Origin: Longimicrobiales bacterium
Lineage (GTDB): Bacteria > Gemmatimonadota > Gemmatimonadetes > Longimicrobiales > Gaopeijiaceae
Assembly (NCBI GenBank): GCA_965116905.1
Contig: OZ220732.1
Location: 968,970-1,032,969, forward strand
Reading direction: 5' to 3'
Length of the DNA: 64,000 nucleotides
Position 1 is the stretch's first letter. Each line of letters opens with the position of its first letter. Made by a program: the position numbers and the translations under genes. The notes below the pieces were generated by a model. That model made no database searches, was not told where the DNA came from, and saw only the letters and a list, made by a program, of their open reading frames with translations. Below, piece after piece: positions 17,855 to 27,128 of the stretch.

Positions 17855-18300
17855 CGGGTTTCGTGCTCGACTGCTCCGTTGCGGTTGCGTGGCTGTTTCC
17901 CGACGAGGGCACGCCCGAGACCGAAGCGCTGCTCGACCGGCTGAAGAAGGAAGAGGCCTTGGTCCCCGGCATCTGGCACCTGGAAATCGGGAACGTCCTG
18001 GTGCGTGCCGAGCGGAGCCAACGCATTGCCAGGTCGAAGGTCCCGGCCTATCTCAGTCTTCTGCGGAGGCTGGCGATCGCAACCGACAGCGAAACCGATG
18101 AGCGGGCACTGCGAGAAACACTGATGCTGGCGCGTGAGTGCGGGCTCAGCACCTACGATGCGGCATATCTCGAGTTGGCCATGAGACGGGGGGTCCAGCT
18201 CGCAACGCTCGATCGCGCGCTGATGCGCGCCGCTCGGTACATGCAGGTGGAGACCGTTCCGAAAACGAATCTTCAGGTACATGAGAAGCCACATGATTAA
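17851..18300 (+). CDS. vapC: type II toxin, PIN-domain VapC family
   Basis: FVLDCSVAVAW...HLEIGNVL...TYDAAYLELA retains the PIN acidic residues. Confidence 0.85.
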   Translation: MTGFVLDCSVAVAWLFPDEGTPETEALLDRLKKEEALVPGIWHLEIGNVLVRAERSQRIARSKVPAYLSLLRRLAIATDSETDERALRETLMLARECGLSTYDAAYLELAMRRGVQLATLDRALMRAARYMQVETVPKTNLQVHEKPHD

Positions 18301-19510
18301 GGACAGGAAAACGTCGCGGCCCTCGGCAGCCCCGTCCCGCCGCGCCGTCCTCAAGGCCGCCGCCGGAGCCGCCGGCCTGACCCTCGCCGCCCCGTTCATC
18401 AACCGGGGGCGCGCTGTCGTGCAGGCACACGGCCGCGGCCGGACGGCGACCCCCCAGGAATACTCGACCCGCTGCATCGATCTGGTGACGGGATCGCTCG
18501 TGATCGACATGTTGTCGCCGCTGGTCATCGCGCGCTCCATTCAGCAGCGCTGGGGTCCGGACCTGAGCGGCATGACAGCCGAGGAGGAGCAGGATTTCCG
18601 GGACTCCGAGATCGACGTCTTCCACATCGCGGTCGGCGTGGGCGGGCGCGACTTCGAGGACCAGTACGAGAACACGCTGCTCTTCGTCGCGGGCTACAAT
18701 GCGATCATCGCGTCGCGGCCCGATCTCTTCGTGCGGATCGATTCGGCGGAGGATCTGGCGAACGTGCATGGGTCGGGGCGCGCGGGGATCCTGATCGGAT
18801 TGCAGACCTCGTCCCACTTCCACACGCTCGACGACGTCAACCAGTTCTACTGGCTCGGACAGCGGGTATCACAGCTCACCTATAACTCGCGCAACATGAT
18901 CGGCAACGGGGCCACGGAGCGGGTCGACGGGGGCATCTCGGACTTCGGCGTCGCGATCGTCGAGCGCATGAACGAGATCGGGATGGCGGTTGACGTCTCG
19001 CACTCGGGCGACCGCACGACCCTCGATGCCTGCGAGGTCTCGTCGCGGCCCGTCCTCTTCACCCATTCCAACAGCCGGGTCCTGTCGGGCGGCCACCCCC
19101 GCACCAAGACCGACGAGGCCATTCGAGCCATGGCGGCGACCGGTGGCGTGATGGGGATGACGGGCGTGCGCATGTTCGTGAAGGACAGGGAGCCCACGAC
19201 CATCGAGGATTACATCGACCACTTCGACCATGTGCGCGACCTGATCGGCGTGGAGCACCTGGGCGTGGGCAGCGATGTCGACCTGCACGGCTACGACGAC
19301 ATGCCGCCCGACGAATACGAGGCGCTGAAGGCCGCGTACAAGGACTCGTACGCGTTCCGCGACAAGATAGACATCGAGGGCGTGGACCACCCGAAGCGGA
19401 TGTTCGATTTGACCGAGGCGCTGATCCGGCGGGGATACACGGACGATCACATACGCGGGATTCTGGGCGGCAACTTCCAGCGCGTGCTGGGTGAAATCTG
19501 GGAGGTGTAA
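18293..19510 (+). CDS. membrane dipeptidase (M19 family) with Tat signal
   Basis: Tat motif SRRAVLKAAAGAAG. M19 blocks QLTYNSRN, VDVSHSGD and FTHSN. The start (18281 or 18293) overlaps the vapC 3' end. Confidence 0.85.
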   Translation: MIKDRKTSRPSAAPSRRAVLKAAAGAAGLTLAAPFINRGRAVVQAHGRGRTATPQEYSTRCIDLVTGSLVIDMLSPLVIARSIQQRWGPDLSGMTAEEEQDFRDSEIDVFHIAVGVGGRDFEDQYENTLLFVAGYNAIIASRPDLFVRIDSAEDLANVHGSGRAGILIGLQTSSHFHTLDDVNQFYWLGQRVSQLTYNSRNMIGNGATERVDGGISDFGVAIVERMNEIGMAVDVSHSGDRTTLDACEVSSRPVLFTHSNSRVLSGGHPRTKTDEAIRAMAATGGVMGMTGVRMFVKDREPTTIEDYIDHFDHVRDLIGVEHLGVGSDVDLHGYDDMPPDEYEALKAAYKDSYAFRDKIDIEGVDHPKRMFDLTEALIRRGYTDDHIRGILGGNFQRVLGEIWEV

Positions 19511-19513
19511 ACA

Positions 19514-20752
19514 GTGCGATTCACAAGATGTAAACCAGAGTTGACACTCGGGGTGCTCTCCGTGGCGCTCGGCGGGCTTGTGCCGGCCGTCATGGCAACC
19601 GCGGCGGGAGCGCAGGAAGCACCCGTCGCGCTGGTCGGCGCGCGTATCCACACGGCTGCCGGGCCCGCCATCGAGAACGGCACGATCGTCTTCGCCGACG
19701 GCGTGATCACCGCCATCGGCGCGGACGTCTCGCCGCCCGGCGGCGCAGAGGTGGTCGACGTGAGTGGCATGGTCATCATGCCCGGGATGCTGGACAACCA
19801 CTCCCACATCGGCGCCGACAGCCGCGACCTCAACGAATTCCCGGTCCGGTTCGGCCCGCAGCACCGTATCCGCGACGTGCTATCGCCCGACGACGCGTTC
19901 TGGAAGGGCGCCGTCAAGGGCGGCGTGACCACGGTCATCACCGGGCCCGGGAGCGGCGAGGTCTCGAGCGGGCAGGCGATCGTGATCAAGACGTGGGGCG
20001 AGACAATAGACGAACGAGTCGTGAAGGAGCGCGGCGGGCTCAAGATCGCGATGGGCCGCAAGCGCCCGGACCAGTCACCGACGACCAGCATGGCGGTTAC
20101 CGCGCTGCTGCGCGCCAAGTTCATCGAGGCGCAGGAGTACCAGGCCCGGTGGGACGCGTGGGAGGAAGGCGGCCAGGAGGGACCGGCCCCGCCGCGCGAC
20201 CTCGGCATGGAAGCCGTGGTCCGGGTGCTGACCGGCGAGGATCGCATCCGCGCCCACGTCCACCAGGCGCACGACATCCTCGCGATCATCCGGCTGTCGC
20301 AGGAGTTCGACTTCTCCCTCGCGATCCACCACTCGACCGAGGCCTACAAGGTGGCCGACGAAATCGCCGAGGCCGGTATCGACGTGGTGGGGATGCCGCT
20401 GTTCACCCGCATCGCGCTGTCCGACGAGGTCATGGCCACGGGCACCGTGATGAACGAAATGGGCGTGCGCTTCACCTTCCACACCGACGACCCGGTGGTG
20501 GGCTCCAAGTGGCAGCGCGGCAACGCCGGGCTCGGGATCCGCTACGGGATGACCGAGCAGGACGCGCTCGAGGCGGTGACGATCAACCCGGCCGCGATCG
20601 CCGGGGTCGAAGACCGTGTCGGGAGCCTGGAGGTGGGCAAAGACGCCGACATCGTCGTGCTGAACGGGACGTGGTACGAGGTCAGCACGCTGGTGACACG
20701 GGTGTACGTCAACGGGATGGTCGCGTACGACAGGGAAGGAGAGGTGCCATGA
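19514..20752 (+). CDS. amidohydrolase family protein (secreted)
   Basis: Signal peptide and metal motif MPGMLDNHSHIG. GTG 19514 lies 4 nt after the dipeptidase stop. Confidence 0.85.
   Translation: MRFTRCKPELTLGVLSVALGGLVPAVMATAAGAQEAPVALVGARIHTAAGPAIENGTIVFADGVITAIGADVSPPGGAEVVDVSGMVIMPGMLDNHSHIGADSRDLNEFPVRFGPQHRIRDVLSPDDAFWKGAVKGGVTTVITGPGSGEVSSGQAIVIKTWGETIDERVVKERGGLKIAMGRKRPDQSPTTSMAVTALLRAKFIEAQEYQARWDAWEEGGQEGPAPPRDLGMEAVVRVLTGEDRIRAHVHQAHDILAIIRLSQEFDFSLAIHHSTEAYKVADEIAEAGIDVVGMPLFTRIALSDEVMATGTVMNEMGVRFTFHTDDPVVGSKWQRGNAGLGIRYGMTEQDALEAVTINPAAIAGVEDRVGSLEVGKDADIVVLNGTWYEVSTLVTRVYVNGMVAYDREGEVP
19529..19546. promoter_or_regulatory. third copy of the TGTAAAC-N4-GTTKACA motif, inside the first codons of the amidohydrolase
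   Basis: TGTAAACCAGAGTTGACA is encoded by rare AT-rich codons (tgt aaa cca gag ttg aca) in a GC-rich gene. Confidence 0.3.
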
Positions 20753-22020
20753 TCAGGGCGATCGGGGTGGCCGTATTGGCCATGGCCGCGCTTGGTGGCG
20801 GACGGGCCGATGTCCAGGCACAGGCCGTTGCCCTCACCGGGGGGCTGGTTTATCCCATCTCATCGGAACCCGTTGAGGGTGGGACCGTGCTCATGGTGGA
20901 TGGCCGGATTGCCGCGGTGGGCGCCGACGTGGACATCCCCGTGGGCGCGGAGGTCGTGGACGTGACCGGGAGCGTGGTGATGCCCGGGATTATCGACGCG
21001 ATGAGCTACTACGGGATCGCGGGCGAGGACATGAACGAGGTGCCGAATCCGCTGACGCCCGAGCTGCGGATCATCGAGGCGTTTGCGCCGTTCGGGACGT
21101 TCGGGTCGGGAGAGGCCGGCGAGATTCGGGTGCGCGAGCTGCTGTCGGGGGGCGTGACGGCGACGTACATCGGGCCGGGAGATGCGACCGTGGTCGGCGG
21201 ACAGGGTGCGGTGGTGAAGACGGCCGGCGCGCGTTTTGACGACCTGATCGTGCGCGAGCCCGCGGCGATCGACATCACGCTGGGCGGCCGGCCGGCGTCG
21301 ACCTACCGCGAGCAGTCGCGGTCGCCCTCGACGCGGATGGCGGTCGTGGCGCAGCTGCGGGATCTGCTGGTGAGGACGCAGGAGTGGATGGCGACTTGGG
21401 ACGCAGCGGACCCGGCCCCCCGCAACCTCGGAATGGAGGCGCTGGCACGGCTGCTCCGGGGCGAGATCCCGGCGCGTGTGCAGGCCAACGCGACGCGCGA
21501 CATCCGGGTGGCGATCGAGCTGGCCGAGGAGTTCGGCTTCGAGTTGGTGATCGATGCCGGCGCGGGCGCGCACCAGATGCGCGACGAGCTGGCCAACCGC
21601 GGGATTCCGGTCGTCCTGGGCCCGATCTCGCACCCCTACATCTCCGGCGAGGAGATTCCCGACCCCGGCGACTACGGCGGCGTCGACGAGCGCAATGCCG
21701 TGTGGCTCAACGAGGCCGGGGTGCACGTCTCCCTGGCGAGCTTCTCGCGGGGCTTCGGTCGGTTCGGTCCCGGCGTGGCCGGCCAGTGGCTGCTGATCGA
21801 TGCTTCGATCGCGCGCGGGCACGGGATGAGCGAGGCCGACGTGTTGCGGGCGGTTACGCTGAATCCGGCCGAGGTGCTGGGCGTGGCCGACCGACTCGGC
21901 AGCCTGGAGGCCGGAAAGGACGCGGACGTGGTGGTGTTCGACGGCGATCCGCTGAGCATTCGGACCTGGGCGACCCGCGTGTACGTGGGCGGGCAGCTGG
22001 TCTACGAGCGAGAGAACTGA
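20749..22020 (+). CDS. amidohydrolase-family paralog with degenerate metal site
   Basis: ATGA overlap with the previous gene. Signal peptide. The HxH position reads IDAMSYYG instead of DNHSHIG. Confidence 0.8.
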   Translation: MIRAIGVAVLAMAALGGGRADVQAQAVALTGGLVYPISSEPVEGGTVLMVDGRIAAVGADVDIPVGAEVVDVTGSVVMPGIIDAMSYYGIAGEDMNEVPNPLTPELRIIEAFAPFGTFGSGEAGEIRVRELLSGGVTATYIGPGDATVVGGQGAVVKTAGARFDDLIVREPAAIDITLGGRPASTYREQSRSPSTRMAVVAQLRDLLVRTQEWMATWDAADPAPRNLGMEALARLLRGEIPARVQANATRDIRVAIELAEEFGFELVIDAGAGAHQMRDELANRGIPVVLGPISHPYISGEEIPDPGDYGGVDERNAVWLNEAGVHVSLASFSRGFGRFGPGVAGQWLLIDASIARGHGMSEADVLRAVTLNPAEVLGVADRLGSLEAGKDADVVVFDGDPLSIRTWATRVYVGGQLVYEREN

Positions 22021-22024
22021 GGGA

Positions 22025-23785
22025 GTGATGAGGAATAGAGCGAAGTTGCGGGCGCCGGCGTGCCTCGTTGCGCTTGGCGTGCCGGTCTTGCTGTGCGCCT
22101 GCGTGGAGGGCGGCGCCCCTGGCTCGGCAGGTAGCGGCCCGATGGACGTGGTCATCGAGGGCGGCCGCGTCGTGGACGGCACGGGTGCGGCCTGGTTTCA
22201 TGGCGATGTCGGCATTCGCGGCGACCGGATCGCGGCGGTGACGCCTGCGGGCGGCCTGGCGGGCGTGGATGCGGGCGAGCGGATCGACGCTTCCGGGAAG
22301 GTGGTCGCGCCCGGCTTCATCGACATCCTGTCGCACGCGCGGGGCCCGTTGCTGAACGGCGACGGTCGGCTGCTGGGCAAGGTCACGCAGGGCATCACGA
22401 CCGAGATCATGGGCGAGGGGTGGACGAACGCGCCGGCCAACGCGAATACCGACGCGGGTGCCGGGCTGGTCGACCCCGAGGCCCAGGGCGAGCGGCACGA
22501 CTTTTCGGGTCCGAGGGGCTTCGACGCGTGGCTGAACGCGATGCTGGCCAACGGCGCGTCGCCCAACTTCGGGTCGTTCGTGGGCGCTACGACCGTGCGG
22601 GTCTACGCAATGGCCGAGGCGGCCGGGCCGGCGAGCGAGGCCCAGCTCGACTCGATGCGCAAGGCGACCCGCTGGGCGATGGAGGGCCGCGCGTTCGGCG
22701 TGGCCAGCGCCCTCATCTACCCGCCGGGCAACTTCGCGAGCACCGAGGAGCTGGGCGAGGTCGTCGCGGCGTCGGCGCCCTATGGCGGCGTGTACATCAC
22801 GCACATGCGCTCCGAGGCGGACCGGTTCCTGGAAGCGATCGACGAGGCCATCGAGATCGGGGAGCGGGGCGGCGTGCCGGTCGAGATCTACCACCTGAAG
22901 GCGGCGGGCGTGCGCAACTACCACAAGGCCGCGCTGGCGATCGCCAAGATCGATTCGGCGCGCGCGGCGGGGTTCGACGTGCAGGCCAACATGTACCCCT
23001 ACACGGCGGGCGGCACCGGGTTGCCTGCGCTGCTTCCGCCCTGGGCTTCGGAGGACGGCGCGCTCCTGGACAATCTGCGCGACCCCGAAATCCGGCAGCG
23101 CATCCACGACGAGGTGCTGGCGGACACGGCGGACTGGGAGAACCTGGGCGTGCTGTCCACGCCGGAAGGCGTCATGATCACGTCGGTGGCCGAGGTGGGG
23201 CCGGACGGCGAGCCCACTGGCGCGAGTGGCTTCGTGGGCATGCGGGTCGCCGAGGTCGCGGAGCAGATGGGCGTGGACTGGGTGGACGCGGCGATCGAGG
23301 TGATCCTCATGACCGGCGGCCAGGCGGGCATGATCGTCTTCATGATGGACGAGGCCAACGTCGCGCTGCAGCTGCGGCAGCCCTGGATCAAGATCGGGAC
23401 CGACGCTTCCGGCTTCGACCCCGACAGCGCGACCGCGATGGTCCACCCCCGGTCGTACGGCACCTATCCGCGCATCCTGGGCAAGTATGTGCGGGATGAA
23501 GGCGTGATCACCCTGGAGGATGCCATCCGCAAGATGACGTCCGCGGTTGCCACGCGGCTTTCGATCCAGGACCGCGGCCTCATCAGGGTGGGGATGTATG
23601 CGGACGTGGTCGTCTTCGACCCCGGGACCGTGGCAGACCGGGCCACCTTCGAGGATCCGCACCAGCTCTCGGTCGGCGTCGAGGAGGTGTTCGTGAACGG
23701 GGTGGCGGTGTTGCGCGGTGGAGAGCATACGGGCGCGAAGCCGGGGCGGATCGTGAGAGGGCCCGGGTACAGGCCTGCCGGCTGA
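22025..23785 (+). CDS. N-acyl-D-amino-acid deacylase (D-aminoacylase) family amidohydrolase, lipoprotein
   Basis: Lipobox LLCAC, then VVIEGGRVVDGTGAAWFHGDVGIRGDRIAAV and GFIDILSH. Length and C-terminal domain are typical of the family. Confidence 0.85.
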   Translation: MMRNRAKLRAPACLVALGVPVLLCACVEGGAPGSAGSGPMDVVIEGGRVVDGTGAAWFHGDVGIRGDRIAAVTPAGGLAGVDAGERIDASGKVVAPGFIDILSHARGPLLNGDGRLLGKVTQGITTEIMGEGWTNAPANANTDAGAGLVDPEAQGERHDFSGPRGFDAWLNAMLANGASPNFGSFVGATTVRVYAMAEAAGPASEAQLDSMRKATRWAMEGRAFGVASALIYPPGNFASTEELGEVVAASAPYGGVYITHMRSEADRFLEAIDEAIEIGERGGVPVEIYHLKAAGVRNYHKAALAIAKIDSARAAGFDVQANMYPYTAGGTGLPALLPPWASEDGALLDNLRDPEIRQRIHDEVLADTADWENLGVLSTPEGVMITSVAEVGPDGEPTGASGFVGMRVAEVAEQMGVDWVDAAIEVILMTGGQAGMIVFMMDEANVALQLRQPWIKIGTDASGFDPDSATAMVHPRSYGTYPRILGKYVRDEGVITLEDAIRKMTSAVATRLSIQDRGLIRVGMYADVVVFDPGTVADRATFEDPHQLSVGVEEVFVNGVAVLRGGEHTGAKPGRIVRGPGYRPAG

Positions 23786-23798
23786 TGGATTTCTTCTC

Positions 23799-25034
23799 AT
23801 GCGGGTAGGCGTCGTGGGCGGTGGGGTAATCGGCCTCTGCACCGCCTGGTACCTGAAGGAGCTCGGCGCGGATCCGGTCGTGATCGAGTCCGCGACCCTC
23901 GGCGACGGCTGCTCGTTCGGCAACGCGGGTTGGGTCTGCCCGTCGATCTCGAGTCCCCTGCCCGCGCCCGGCCTCACGCTCAAGTCACTCTCCTGGATGC
24001 TGCGGCGGGACAGCCCGCTGTACATCAAGCCCACCGCGCTGCCCGGTCTGGCCCCGTGGCTGCTGCGCTTCCGTTCGTTCTGCAACCACGCGGATCAGAA
24101 GCGCGGGATCGAGGCTATCGCCGGGCTCAACCGGTTCACGATGGAGCGCTACGACGAGTTGGCCGCCGCCGGCGTGGAGTTCGAATGCCACGAATCGGGC
24201 GTGCTGATGGTCTTCCGCGACTCCGACAAGGCCGCGGCGGCCGAGAAGGAGGTCAAGCTGGTCACCGCGGCCAGCGCGACGAGCTGCACCGATCTGACCG
24301 AGGCCGAGGTGTACGAGCGGGAACCCATGCTGCGTCCCGGGTTCCGGTTCGGGCTCTTCGTCGGCGCGGATCGGCACGTGCGGCCCGATTCGCTGACGGC
24401 GGGGCTGGGTGCGGCATTGCGTGAAGGCGGGGCCGAGATTCACGAGCGGACCCGCGTGACCGGATTCCGGGACCAGGGACGGCGCGTGCGCGGGATCGTG
24501 ACCACGAAGGGCGAACTGGGAGTCGACGCGGTGGTGCTGGCCGCGGGCGCGCGCACCGGGACCCTCACACGCATGGCGGGGTGGCCAATCCCGCTGACCG
24601 CCGGAAAGGGCTACTCGGTCACGATCGACGAGCCCAGGAACCAGCTCCGCCAGCCGCTCTACCTGGGGGGCGCCAAGATCGGCCTGACGCCCTTCCGGGG
24701 CGCGCTCCGGTTCTCGGGAACGATGGAGCTGTCCGGGATCAACCGGCGCATGGATGTGGGACGGATCCGGTCGCTCCGGCGCATTGTCGGGCGCGAGGTG
24801 GACATCCCGGAAGCGGCGTACGGAGGCCGTGAATGGGTGGGGATGCGCCCGGTCGTGCCGGACTCGCTCCCCGTGATGGGAAAGTTGCCGTCGCGCGACA
24901 ACATGTACGTGAACACCGGCCACCAGATGCTGGGCGTGACGCTCGCCGCGAGCAGTGGTTGGGCGCTCGCGGGGCTGATGCTGGAGGGGAAGCCGGGGGT
25001 GGGGCTGGAGGCGTTCTCGCCGGAGCGGTTCTGA
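23799..25034 (+). CDS. D-amino-acid dehydrogenase-like FAD oxidoreductase
   Basis: MRVGVVGGGVIGLCTAWYLKELG...NAGWVCPS... is the DadA-like N-terminus. Confidence 0.8.
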   Translation: MRVGVVGGGVIGLCTAWYLKELGADPVVIESATLGDGCSFGNAGWVCPSISSPLPAPGLTLKSLSWMLRRDSPLYIKPTALPGLAPWLLRFRSFCNHADQKRGIEAIAGLNRFTMERYDELAAAGVEFECHESGVLMVFRDSDKAAAAEKEVKLVTAASATSCTDLTEAEVYEREPMLRPGFRFGLFVGADRHVRPDSLTAGLGAALREGGAEIHERTRVTGFRDQGRRVRGIVTTKGELGVDAVVLAAGARTGTLTRMAGWPIPLTAGKGYSVTIDEPRNQLRQPLYLGGAKIGLTPFRGALRFSGTMELSGINRRMDVGRIRSLRRIVGREVDIPEAAYGGREWVGMRPVVPDSLPVMGKLPSRDNMYVNTGHQMLGVTLAASSGWALAGLMLEGKPGVGLEAFSPERF

Positions 25035-25134
25035 GGAGCGATTCCGTCGCGCCGGGTTGCGACTCGGGGCCGCCCAAGCGTAGAGTGCTGAAGGCCCGTA
25101 TCCGACTCGGCCCATCATGACAGGAGTTGTCCGG

Positions 25135-25569
25135 ATGAAGAAGGAAGGGAAGGACCTGGGATTCATGGCACTGATCGCCGGCTCAGGCGCCGTGGGCGTT
25201 CTGGCGACCCTGTTCGCAGTCGTGGTGACCCGCGGGCCGGCGCCCCCACCTGCCCCGGCGGCCCCACCCGCGCCGGCCTCGGCACCCGTGCAGGTCGAAG
25301 TGAGGCAGCAGGCGGTCGAGAATGTGTCGGAGCGCGTGCCAATGATCAGGATCCGCGGCTCGGCGTCCCTTGGGATGCGCGCCGAACCGATCGTCTATAT
25401 CGATGGCGTCCGCGTCAATGGTGACAGAAGCGGGTTGTCGAAGCTGGTCAGTCCCGACCAGATCGACCGTATCGAGGTGATCAAGGGTGACGCCGCGAAG
25501 GAGCGTTACGGCAGCGAGGCCGCGAACGGCGTGATCCAGATCGTCACGAAGCCCAAAGAGGGTTCCTAG
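25135..25569 (+). CDS. small membrane-anchored protein with a TonB-receptor plug-like C-terminal motif
   Basis: TM anchor, Pro/Ala linker, then IVYIDGVRV...IDRIEVIKGDAAKERYGSEAANGVIQIVTKPK. An SD (CAGGAG) lies 8 nt before ATG 25135. Confidence 0.6.
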   Translation: MKKEGKDLGFMALIAGSGAVGVLATLFAVVVTRGPAPPPAPAAPPAPASAPVQVEVRQQAVENVSERVPMIRIRGSASLGMRAEPIVYIDGVRVNGDRSGLSKLVSPDQIDRIEVIKGDAAKERYGSEAANGVIQIVTKPKEGS

Positions 25570-26708
25570 GGGCCTGCGGGCTCCTGGCGACCTCCCGCCA
25601 GTGGCAGCACCTCGTTCACCAGGGTCATCAGCATTCGGCCCGGCTCTTCGAACATGATCATGTGTGAGCTGCGTTCGAAGGTCACGAACCGTTTGTGGGG
25701 GGCGTCGATGCGGTTGAAGTAGTCGAGGGCGCTCTCGTACGGCGTGTGCAGGTCGAAGCGGCCGTGGAGCATGACCACGGGGACTTCGAAGCGCTCGACC
25801 ATCCCGCTTCGCCGGGATTCCGGTGCACCGTCGATCAGGTGCCGCTCGGCCCACGCCATCGCCGGGAGGAGGCTCGCCACCTCGTCCTCGGTGTACTCGG
25901 GTCCCCACTCGGGGAGTGCGAAGTACAGGTCGAAGGTGGGCTTCCCGTACCAGCCGCCGTCGTACTCGCGGGCCCATTTGCGGGCGGCCAGGAGCTTGGC
26001 GACGGCGCCGGTGCCCGGCGGCGGCGGGTAGGGCTGGAGGGCCTCCAGTTCGCGGATCGCGACCGTGTCGTTGGCCGCGCGGACGCGCTCCATGAGCGTG
26101 GAATAGAGTTGCGCCTCGCTGCCCGGACCTCCCGATTGGCCGAGCCCTACGTACGCGTGAATCCGGTCCGGATGCTGGTCGACTAGGCGGGGGCCGATCG
26201 AGCTTCCGTAGGAGTATCCGAGCACCACGAGCTTCTCCTGTCCGAACCGGGACAGCAGGCGTTCGACGACCACCAGGGCGTCGTCCACGTGCTGCTGGAG
26301 GGTCAGCGTCGGCGCGAGCCGGGCGGAATCCGCGGCGGCGAAGCTCTTGCCCACGCCCCGCCGGTCCCAGTTGACCACCGTGAAGAAGTCTTCCCACGGC
26401 TTCTGGTATGCCCACGCCATCCCCATGACCGGGCTGCCGGGTCCGCCGTGGAGCACGAGGAGGATCGGATTGGCGCGGTTCAGGCCACGGATCGAGATCC
26501 ACTGGGTCGAGCCGTTGACCTCGATCGGCTCCAGGACCTCGACCCCTTCCGGTGTGTGGATCGCTCGCAGGTCGGCCAGGCGGGCGGTGATCGAGTCCCT
26601 GGGCATGGCGGTGCTCGGGGCCGGGGCGTCGCAAGCGGCAGCCAGGAGCGCGAGTGCGAGAATGGCGAAGGAAACAGGTCCGGATCTGACGGCTGCTGGC
26701 AGGCTCAT
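25566..26708 (-). CDS. alpha/beta hydrolase (proline-iminopeptidase-like) lipoprotein
   Basis: Lipobox LLAAAC, oxyanion HGGPG and nucleophile elbow GYSYG. Confidence 0.85.
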   Translation of the reverse strand: MSLPAAVRSGPVSFAILALALLAAACDAPAPSTAMPRDSITARLADLRAIHTPEGVEVLEPIEVNGSTQWISIRGLNRANPILLVLHGGPGSPVMGMAWAYQKPWEDFFTVVNWDRRGVGKSFAAADSARLAPTLTLQQHVDDALVVVERLLSRFGQEKLVVLGYSYGSSIGPRLVDQHPDRIHAYVGLGQSGGPGSEAQLYSTLMERVRAANDTVAIRELEALQPYPPPPGTGAVAKLLAARKWAREYDGGWYGKPTFDLYFALPEWGPEYTEDEVASLLPAMAWAERHLIDGAPESRRSGMVERFEVPVVMLHGRFDLHTPYESALDYFNRIDAPHKRFVTFERSSHMIMFEEPGRMLMTLVNEVLPLAGGRQEPAGP

Positions 26709-27128
26709 GGCAGACTTCCTTCGCGCCTGGTCGGGCGTTCGTTCTCTCGGGCGGCCAGCCCCGGCGTGACCGACTGGCGCGCCCGGCGGCTCCGTTGCCT
26801 AATGGATGTCAGGTATGGGACACTACACCAGGCACGGCCGCCCGCTCGGCCACGATGATCTCGCTGGCGCGGACACCTCCGGTCAGCCGGGCTGCCGGTA
26901 CACCCAGAAAGCGCTCGACATCAAGAGGTTTACGAGGCGGGGCCGCAACGCCCCGACTCAGCAATTCGGCTACGGCGGGGTCTGCGCCGGGACCGTCAAC
27001 GCGACAGGGCTCGATTCTCATCTGACCATAATGACCAGGTCGATCTGGTGTAACAAGCGTCGAGCGTGTGGCCGCTGGGCCAGCATTCGCGGCCCCGCGC
27101 GAGCGCCTGTCATGGGAAAGGACACAAG

